From NCBI RefSeq assembly GCF_900199515.1, contig NZ_LT963434.1, positions 1,802,180-1,834,179 on the forward strand: a DNA stretch of 32,000 nucleotides, given 5' to 3'. Source of the DNA: Massilicoli timonensis (GTDB taxonomy: Bacteria; Bacillota_I; Bacilli_A; Erysipelotrichales; Erysipelotrichaceae). The notes beneath the pieces were generated by a model. The model was not told the origin of the DNA. It did no database searches and saw nothing but the letters and a program-made list of their open reading frames with translations. The position numbers were made by a program, and so were the translations under genes. This document shows positions 25,821 through 32,000 of the stretch, piece by piece (the stretch's first letter is position 1; each line of letters starts with the position of its first letter).

Positions 25821-26997
25821 GGCAAAAAAAGCGATCCGCGCAATACTGGCGTTTTTGTATCGTCATACGTATCGTCATGTAAAAGTAAAAGAAAGAACGG
25901 TATTTTTCCTGTCTTTTCATGGACGGGGATACAGCGACAATCCTAAAGCCATCTACGAATATATGCGCAGCTGCGGTGAGTATGCGAACTATCGCTTTAT
26001 CTGGGCGCTGCGTGATCCTAAGCGCAAGATCGAGGGCGCTAAGGTCATTCGCTACAACGGTCCGTTTTACTTCTATTATCTGATGCGTTCACAATACTGG
26101 ATCGTAAACTGCAAACTGGCAGATTATTTCCTGAAGAAAGACGAGCAGATTTATTTACAGACGTGGCATGGCACACCGTTAAAAAAATTGGCGCATGACA
26201 TTGATGTGAGCGATGATACGACTTTTTATCGCACCAAGATGAGCAAAGCGCAGATGCAGACTACCTATGACAGGGATGTGGCAAAATACAATTATATGAT
26301 CAGCCCCAATCCTTTCTGCACCGAGGTGTTTCAAAGCGCTTTTCGCATCGACCGGGCACGCTTGATCGAAACCGGCTATCCGCGTAATGATTTTCTTTCT
26401 CATTTCAGCGAGCAGGATGTTTTACAAATGAAGCGGAAGCTGCATCTTCCGACCGATAAAAAAGTCATTTTATACGCGCCGACATGGCGGGACAACAGTT
26501 ATCGTCTATCCGGCTATACCTTTCAGCTGGAAGTTGATTTTCTAAAATGGAAGCAGGTGTTAGGCGATTCGTATATCGTATTGTTCAAGCCGCATTATCT
26601 GATCGTCAATACCTTTGATATGAGTCAGGTAAAAGACTTTGTTTACGAGATCGACGCCAAGGCAGACATCGCCCCGCTTTATCCGCTTGCGGATCTGCTG
26701 ATCACCGATTATTCCAGTGTCTTTTTCGATTACGCGATCCTAAAGCGGCCGATCTATTTCTATATGTATGACATCGAAAGCTATGCAAATGAGCTGCGCG
26801 GCTTTTATTTCGATTTGTATGAGACATTGCCGGGGCGCATCTATACGGAGGAAGACTTGTTGCTGGCGGATATTGCCGGCGGTGTATATGAAGAAAACCG
26901 TATTTCCGCATTTCATAAGCGTTTCCATGTGCATGAAGACGGATGGGCAAGCAAGCGTGTTTGTGATATAGTATTTAAGAAAGAACAGACGAGATGA
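25810..26997 (+). CDS. CDP-glycerol glycerophosphotransferase-family protein (TagF/TagB paralog)
   Basis: NPKAIYEYM, TWHGTPLKKL, YAPTWRD and ITDYSSVFFDY are collinear with the catalytic half of the upstream gene. 11-nt overlap. Confidence 0.85.
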   Translation: MIIKAKKAIRAILAFLYRHTYRHVKVKERTVFFLSFHGRGYSDNPKAIYEYMRSCGEYANYRFIWALRDPKRKIEGAKVIRYNGPFYFYYLMRSQYWIVNCKLADYFLKKDEQIYLQTWHGTPLKKLAHDIDVSDDTTFYRTKMSKAQMQTTYDRDVAKYNYMISPNPFCTEVFQSAFRIDRARLIETGYPRNDFLSHFSEQDVLQMKRKLHLPTDKKVILYAPTWRDNSYRLSGYTFQLEVDFLKWKQVLGDSYIVLFKPHYLIVNTFDMSQVKDFVYEIDAKADIAPLYPLADLLITDYSSVFFDYAILKRPIYFYMYDIESYANELRGFYFDLYETLPGRIYTEEDLLLADIAGGVYEENRISAFHKRFHVHEDGWASKRVCDIVFKKEQTR

Positions 26998-27006
26998 GGT
27001 GAAAGC

Positions 27007-28119
27007 ATGTCTCTTGCCAGATTGGTATTAAATATGATCATGGGTCCGATGTATGTCATTACCCTGCTGTTTCCCATTAAGCCGAATAAGATCGCTTTTA
27101 TTTCTTTGAGCAGCGAGAAGCTGGAAGGAGATTTCAAGATCATCGCCCGCAAGCTGGAAGAACATCCGGAATATGAAGTCGTATCGGTATTGGCGAAGTT
27201 CAAGCGCAATCTGCCCGGCTGTTTTGCCTATTTCTTTGCGCTGTTAAAACAGTTGTACCATATCAATACTTCTCATTTGGTATTATTGGATTCCAATAAC
27301 TATGCGGTTTCTTATTTCAAGAAAAAGCAGGTAAAGGTATTGCAGGTGTGGCATGCGAGCGGAGCGATCAAAAAGTTCGGCAATGATGTCAAACGCAGTT
27401 ATCCGATCAAAAACTATGACTATGTACTGGCATGCGCCGATATTTGGAAGCCGTATTATGCCAGCGCCTTCGGGGTAAAGGAAGAACAGGTGATTCCGAT
27501 CGGGATTCCGCGAACGGACCGCATCTTTTCAAAAAAGCGGATGAAGAAATATCAGAAAGAGATCGAAGCATTGTATCCGCAGATCTTAGGTCATAAGGTC
27601 GTCTTATATGCACCTACTTTCCGCGGCAATGTCATGCAGGACTATCATTATGAAAAGATCGACTTAAAGGCGATGAAACAAACGCTTGGCGAAGCGTACT
27701 GCATTATTTATAAACTGCATCCGTTGTTAAGAGAAGCATCGCTCGATGAGATGAATGATCCGATGATCATCAATGCCAATGATATCAGCATCAAGCGCTT
27801 ATTTGCGGTCAGCGATTATTTGATCAGTGATTATTCCAGTGTGATCTTTGAATATTCGGTACTGGGGAAACCGGTCTTGTTTTATACACCGGATCTTGCG
27901 CAGTATCAGGAAGAGGTCGGCATGTATCTGGACTATGAAGCAATCATGCCAGGACCGATCTGCTATGATGAAAAGGAGCTGAGCGCTTATATCTTAGCTG
28001 ATCAGTTTGACTTAAAGCGCATCAAGCAGTTCAGAAATCAGTTTTTCCGTTATCGGGATGGGAAATCGACAAAGCGGGTCATGGAATTCATTGATGAGAT
28101 CATGCAGACACCGTTATAA
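27007..28119 (+). CDS. CDP-glycerol glycerophosphotransferase-family protein (TagB-like, more divergent)
   Basis: VWHASGAIKKFG, YAPTFRG and ISDYSSVIFEY are variants of the same family motifs. 370 aa. Confidence 0.8.
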   Translation: MSLARLVLNMIMGPMYVITLLFPIKPNKIAFISLSSEKLEGDFKIIARKLEEHPEYEVVSVLAKFKRNLPGCFAYFFALLKQLYHINTSHLVLLDSNNYAVSYFKKKQVKVLQVWHASGAIKKFGNDVKRSYPIKNYDYVLACADIWKPYYASAFGVKEEQVIPIGIPRTDRIFSKKRMKKYQKEIEALYPQILGHKVVLYAPTFRGNVMQDYHYEKIDLKAMKQTLGEAYCIIYKLHPLLREASLDEMNDPMIINANDISIKRLFAVSDYLISDYSSVIFEYSVLGKPVLFYTPDLAQYQEEVGMYLDYEAIMPGPICYDEKELSAYILADQFDLKRIKQFRNQFFRYRDGKSTKRVMEFIDEIMQTPL

Positions 28120-28121
28120 CG

Positions 28122-28146
28122 ATCAGGGAGCTTCCCTGATTTTTTG
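28122..28146 (+). terminator. Rho-independent terminator closing the teichoic acid operon
   Basis: Perfect ATCAGGGA / TCCCTGAT stem with a short loop, followed by a T-run. Confidence 0.8.
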
Positions 28147-28199
28147 TATGGGAAGACAGAAAGTGCACATACTAGCAATGAAATGTGAGGAGTGATACG

Positions 28200-28838
28200 A
28201 TGTTTCAATATGTGAAAAACGAAAAACAGGACGTCTATCAGATCAAAACAGATGGAATGCTGTATGTGTTTTTAAGCAAGAGCGCCCAGCATTTACAGCT
28301 TCAAATGGCAAGATGGTGTCTGGAAGCATCATCGCATCTGGGATCAGAGCAGCAGGCGGACTGGATGATGATACAATGTGTGAATTGGCTGAATCTGGCA
28401 GAGCAGGCAGGCATTGCTCTGCGGAAATTACAGGGGAATGACGCGCGCATGATCGATGTGATCGATCTGGGCAATCCTGATGATGAGGCCATTCGTTTAT
28501 CGAGCGGACAGTTGTTTTTGGAACAGGAACCGATTGAGGAAAAGTGCCCCGATGATTACTGTAGCTTGTTGATGCGGCTTGCAGAAGGCTGTGAAACATT
28601 AAAACAGGTATATGCACAGGCATTAGGCATGAGCAAAGACGAAATGATGAAAAAGGTGCTGAAAGGCTGGATCCGATGTTTAGAGGAAATGCGTTTTGCT
28701 TATCGGCAGGTGATCGCACAGATGACGCATGACAGTGAGCGGCATTTCAGTGATGATTATGAAAATGAGCGGGCATGGGAATTAGACAGCGGTAATTATA
28801 TCGATCCGAAGACACCTGTTTTCCATGAGTTTGAATAG
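28200..28838 (+). CDS. Hypothetical acidic cytoplasmic protein (212 aa), no recognisable family
   Basis: GTGAGGAG RBS 7 nt before ATG 28200. Long ORF with no TM or signal peptide. Confidence 0.5.
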   Translation: MFQYVKNEKQDVYQIKTDGMLYVFLSKSAQHLQLQMARWCLEASSHLGSEQQADWMMIQCVNWLNLAEQAGIALRKLQGNDARMIDVIDLGNPDDEAIRLSSGQLFLEQEPIEEKCPDDYCSLLMRLAEGCETLKQVYAQALGMSKDEMMKKVLKGWIRCLEEMRFAYRQVIAQMTHDSERHFSDDYENERAWELDSGNYIDPKTPVFHEFE

Positions 28839-28898
28839 GGAAAAAGATGCTTTATGTCTGTAAATAGAATGTGTTATCATAGACATGAGGTGATGGAA

Positions 28899-29762
28899 AT
28901 GAAAATTGCATGGATCGGCACCGGTGTCATGGGCAGTGCGATGGCTTGTCATTTACAAAAAGCAGGTCATGAAGTCAAAGCGTATAATCGAACCGGTAAA
29001 AAAGCAGAAGCATTACAGGCAGTGGGCATACGGGCGATGAAAACGATCGCGGACTGTGTGGCAGATTGTGAGGTCGTCTTTACGATGGTGGGAGAACCGC
29101 ATGATGTGGAAGCGGTGTATTATGGTGAGCAGGGAATTTTGGCACACGCGCCAAAGGGCGCGTATTTGATCGATATGACAACTTCCGCGCCGTCTTTGGC
29201 ACGCAGGATCGCACATGACGCACATGATTTCCATGTGTTGGACGCACCGGTATCAGGCGGCGACATCGGCGCACAAAAAGGAACGCTTACGGTAATGTGC
29301 GGCGGGGATCATGCTGATTTTGAAAAGATGGAGCCGCTTTTTTCCTGTTTTGCGGAAACGATCACTTACCAGGGGGAAGCCGGCAGCGGGCAGCACTGCA
29401 AAGCATGTAATCAGATCGCCTTGGCGGGGTGCATTGCCTCAGCAGCAGAAGCACTCACTTATGCGCGAACATCAGGTTTGGATCCCAAGCAGGTATTGGC
29501 AGCGATCGCAAAGGGAGCGGCTGGAAGCTTCCAACTGACCCACAACGGGGAGAAGATGTTGTGTCATGATTATGAACCGGGATTCTATATCAAGCATTTT
29601 ATCAAGGATATGAACATCGCGGCAGCAGAACTGAAGCAGATGGATTTGCATTTCCCGATCTTAACGCAGGTGCAAAGCATTTATGAAACGCTGCGGGAAA
29701 TGGGATATGATGACGCGGGCACACAGGCGATATGGGAATATTATCAGTCAAAGCAGAATTGA
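28899..29762 (+). CDS. NAD(P)-dependent beta-hydroxyacid dehydrogenase (3-hydroxyisobutyrate / tartronate-semialdehyde reductase family)
   Basis: N-terminal MKIAWIGTGVMGSAMACHL Rossmann motif. DAPVSGG and the catalytic-Lys region GSGQHCKACNQ. GAGGTGA RBS favours ATG 28899. Confidence 0.85.
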   Translation: MKIAWIGTGVMGSAMACHLQKAGHEVKAYNRTGKKAEALQAVGIRAMKTIADCVADCEVVFTMVGEPHDVEAVYYGEQGILAHAPKGAYLIDMTTSAPSLARRIAHDAHDFHVLDAPVSGGDIGAQKGTLTVMCGGDHADFEKMEPLFSCFAETITYQGEAGSGQHCKACNQIALAGCIASAAEALTYARTSGLDPKQVLAAIAKGAAGSFQLTHNGEKMLCHDYEPGFYIKHFIKDMNIAAAELKQMDLHFPILTQVQSIYETLREMGYDDAGTQAIWEYYQSKQN

Positions 29763-29774
29763 TCTGCTTTTTTT
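29751..29774 (+). terminator. Rho-independent terminator after the dehydrogenase gene
   Basis: AAGCAGA / TCTGCTT stem with the stop codon in the loop, followed by T5. Confidence 0.7.
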
Positions 29775-29790
29775 ATGAAAAGAAGCGTGT

Positions 29791-29819
29791 TTGTTTTTCT
29801 ACTTACATCCTGTTATAAT
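29791..29819 (+). promoter_or_regulatory. Promoter candidate for regulator paralog 2
   Basis: TTGTTT (-35), 17-nt spacer including TGt, and a consensus TATAAT at 29814-29819. Confidence 0.55.
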
Positions 29820-29851
29820 AGAAACAGAAAACATCTGGGAGGAGGCACGAT

Positions 29852-31066
29852 GTGCTGTCATTACAGAAAAAAAGAAATCTTTATCATGAATTAGAAATGT
29901 ATCGCCTCTGGCATTGCTGGTCGCAAAATCGTTTTGTTTCAGACATGATATCTTATGCGACGTATGCCAAAATGAAGGAAGCGAATAATCGCATACAGGA
30001 CCAGAGCTACGTTGATTTACTGTCATATTATGGGTTTGACATTGAACATGATCTGGTCTATCACGAAATAAAAGAACAAATCGTATCGCTGCATGATGCT
30101 TTGAGCAGATGTGAATTAGAAAGCAGCAGTGCATTGCTTGAACAATTAGAACATCATTTATCTATACAAAATACCTGTATAGAGAGCATCAATCTGCGAT
30201 TGTTTTTGCATAGACTGTTACAGTATGTAAAGAATGATGTTTATTTGAGTGAAAGCCAAATTGAAGCATTGTTATCTTATTATCAGAATAAGCCAAAACC
30301 ATTGAAGGACCTCATTTTATATTATATGATCTATTCTGCTACTAAGATCAGCTTTACCTATCAGCAATATTTATATGAGAAGATAGAAGCATTACGCGTA
30401 TCGGATTATTTGCCGATCATGGTTCATTATATGGGATATTTGATCAACTGCAAACAATTTCAAAAAGCGTTGTTATTAGGAAACGAAATCTATCAAAAAG
30501 CGCATGAAACAAAAAATCACTATATGCTGTTTGAGTATTATGAGAATATGCTTGCTTATTATATTCGATATGAACCAAATCAAGTAGAGAAAACCCAGAA
30601 ACAGATAGAAGCAATCATGAAGCAAATCCATTTTCCGAGAATCAAAAAGATGCAATACTATCGTAATTATGCCAAACGGTGTATTTCAAAGCATGAATAT
30701 CAAAAGGCTTTAGCCGCATTTCAAGAGATACAAGAATACAGTTTACAAGGGAATGTTCATGATCGTGTGAGCATTATATATAATATCACTTTTTGCGAAA
30801 GCCAACTTCAAATTCCTTATAGCATCGCTTATGATTATGCATTGAAAAAAGAACATTTTGAAAGCAAGGCTGATTATTATTTGTTTCAATATTTACTAAA
30901 GAAGAACGATATGACAAATGCACAACGGGTTCGTTATTTGCATAAGATTGCGAAAGTCATGAAAGATCATGAGGATTATACGAAATTTCAAATAAGGGAA
31001 GAATTATATATGATTAGTATGAAAGATAAAAAGGCAGATCTTTTCCGCTATCTGGAGAATAGATAA
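29852..31066 (+). CDS. HTH (XRE-like) plus helical-repeat regulator; candidate RRNPP-type peptide receptor (paralog 2)
   Basis: GTG start 6 nt after GGGAGGAGG. N-terminal YRLWHCWSQNRFVSDMISYATYAKMKEANNRI resembles an XRE HTH. Blocks shared with paralog 1 include HYMLFEYYENMLAYYIRYEPNQV vs HVLLFEYYDSMITYYIQCEPDKV and LKDLILYYMIYSATKIS vs IKDLIEFYCVYSAQKVS. Confidence 0.65.
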   Translation: MLSLQKKRNLYHELEMYRLWHCWSQNRFVSDMISYATYAKMKEANNRIQDQSYVDLLSYYGFDIEHDLVYHEIKEQIVSLHDALSRCELESSSALLEQLEHHLSIQNTCIESINLRLFLHRLLQYVKNDVYLSESQIEALLSYYQNKPKPLKDLILYYMIYSATKISFTYQQYLYEKIEALRVSDYLPIMVHYMGYLINCKQFQKALLLGNEIYQKAHETKNHYMLFEYYENMLAYYIRYEPNQVEKTQKQIEAIMKQIHFPRIKKMQYYRNYAKRCISKHEYQKALAAFQEIQEYSLQGNVHDRVSIIYNITFCESQLQIPYSIAYDYALKKEHFESKADYYLFQYLLKKNDMTNAQRVRYLHKIAKVMKDHEDYTKFQIREELYMISMKDKKADLFRYLENR

Positions 31067-31194
31067 ATCACATAAAAAGTAAACAATTATGCAACTTTTT
31101 TCAGCGTTATCTAACCTATTTGTAAACAGTGGCATTTTGTTATGGCGTGTGATAATCTAAAGATAGGAAAGGAGTTTATAATAAAATTGTTGTA

Positions 31195-31317
31195 ATGATG
31201 AAAAGAACTAAGATATTATTAAAATTAGCATTGCTTTTCTGCTTGATCGTTTTGACGGCAAATGCAGTAGAAAGCATGCAACCGCGTTCAAGAGAAACGT
31301 GGATAGAAAAAAATTAA
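31195..31317 (+). CDS. Unannotated 40-aa secreted propeptide (candidate pheromone precursor 2): MMKRTKILLKLALLFCLIVLTANAVESMQPRSRETWIEKN
   Basis: Sec signal peptide with an ANA|VES cleavage site. 16-aa tail whose end, ETWIEKN, parallels GTWNEKV of peptide 1. Lies 128 nt after the regulator. The RBS is poor (GGAAAGGAG is 20 nt upstream), which lowers confidence. Confidence 0.55.
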   Translation: MMKRTKILLKLALLFCLIVLTANAVESMQPRSRETWIEKN

Positions 31318-31342
31318 ATCATTTAATGAGAGAGGAGCAAAA

Positions 31343-31963
31343 ATGAAAAAAAAGATATTTATAACGGTATTGTTATGTTTGTTTTCAATTTCACCGATTT
31401 CTTTGCGAGCCAATGAACTTGAAAGAAACACGGTGGAATCAGATCATGAAATTGTAATAGAAAACGTTGATGAATTAAGTGATGCGGAAATTGATAGAAT
31501 CATGAAAAAAGAAACCGAAAAGTATTTAGAGCGTGTTGTTCCGGGTTATGCGGATGAAAAGAAAGTAAGAGCCAGACCGACCTATGAAACGGTCTACGGA
31601 ACAGCCAAAACGGTAACGATTGGCGGATATGCCGGAAATCAGCCGGCAGGAGGCAGAAGATTTAACACAGGAGGAGGCTTTTGGTTCTCTGATAGCGGTG
31701 GACCTACTGCTTCATTAAATGTATCTTTTCCTGCACCTTATGATTTGATCAGTGTTTCCGTTACGCTGGGATCAGTTGGAAGTAGCGGCGTATTTGTACT
31801 AGCTCCTGATACGACCCATTATTTTAAGCTTTATGTTTCCAAAAAAGTTCGTGTACAGCCATATGTCGTATATTATACAAACAGCCAAGGGAAGAAAACC
31901 GTATGGCTTAGAAGTAAAACTACGACAGTAACGAAGGTGGATCAATATGCAAAGCAAGTATAA
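31343..31963 (+). CDS. Secreted protein of unknown function (206-aa precursor), Gly/Ser/Thr-rich beta-type C-terminal domain
   Basis: GAGAGGAG RBS. Signal peptide MKKKIFITVLLCLFSISPISLRA|NE. Begins 25 nt after propeptide gene 2 with no intervening terminator. Confidence 0.65.
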   Translation: MKKKIFITVLLCLFSISPISLRANELERNTVESDHEIVIENVDELSDAEIDRIMKKETEKYLERVVPGYADEKKVRARPTYETVYGTAKTVTIGGYAGNQPAGGRRFNTGGGFWFSDSGGPTASLNVSFPAPYDLISVSVTLGSVGSSGVFVLAPDTTHYFKLYVSKKVRVQPYVVYYTNSQGKKTVWLRSKTTTVTKVDQYAKQV

Positions 31964-32000
31964 ATTATTTGGCAGCATCATTTCTGTTATTTTGATCATT
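31947..32000 (+). CDS. 5' end of a further gene, truncated by the window edge; the N-terminus looks like a TM/signal-anchor segment
   Basis: GAAGGTGG RBS 6 nt before ATG 31947. Encodes MQSKYKLFGSIISVILII... and overlaps the end of the upstream gene by 17 nt. Confidence 0.35.
   Translation, partial: MQSKYKLFGSIISVILII

Noticed and set aside
1-32000. Search for mobile elements, CRISPR arrays, tRNA/rRNA genes and long dispersed repeats
   Set aside because: I found no transposase, integrase or recombinase ORF, no regularly spaced direct repeats, no tRNA-like cloverleaf or rRNA-like segments, and no terminal inverted repeats flanking the apparently AT-richer segments (12.6-17.6 kb and 29.8-32 kb). 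The compositional impression is by eye only and was not computed.

Overview
The window looks like chromosomal DNA from a low-GC Gram-positive bacterium (Bacillota). The evidence is strong GGAGG-type ribosome-binding sites (RBS), a wall-teichoic-acid locus, a sortase-type anchor, and nearly all genes on the + strand. I saw no rRNA, tRNA, CRISPR array, transposase, integrase or phage genes.

Gene order:
- 1-1446: 5'-truncated BspA-type LRR surface protein.
- 1.9-6.8 kb: an operon with ascorbate-family PTS EIIA/EIIB/EIIC, an HpcH-type aldolase, a KpsF-like SIS isomerase, a DapA/NanA-family aldolase and a small membrane protein.
- 7.0-9.5 kb: its probable PRD/EIIB/EIIA-containing activator and a short deformylase-like gene.
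- 9.9-11.5 kb: a fused ABC exporter.
- 11.7-12.5 kb: a DagK-family lipid kinase, the only gene on the - strand.
- 12.8-15.9 kb: an operon with a bacteriocin-associated-type FtsX-like permease, an ABC ATPase and a small secreted protein.
- 17.7-21.0 kb: a MATE exporter, a nucleoside 2-deoxyribosyltransferase and an RsmB/F-type methyltransferase.
- 21.1-28.1 kb: a teichoic acid locus (tagG, tagH, tagD and three TagF/TagB-family transferases).
- 28.2-29.8 kb: an orphan acidic protein and a beta-hydroxyacid dehydrogenase.

The most interesting content is two paralogous cassettes. Each has a ~400-aa HTH plus helical-repeat regulator (16093-17325 and 29852-31066). Each is followed by a short ORF missing from the ORF track (17466-17576 and 31195-31317) that encodes a Sec signal peptide and a short tail ending in a shared x-T-W-x-E-K-x motif. 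This is the genetic signature of RRNPP-type peptide quorum sensing. I cannot place either regulator in a characterised family by eye. Both cassettes sit next to genes for secreted proteins. An over-represented intergenic box, AAAAA(A)CCAATT(T), marks the promoters of cassette 1 and the neighbouring transporter operon.
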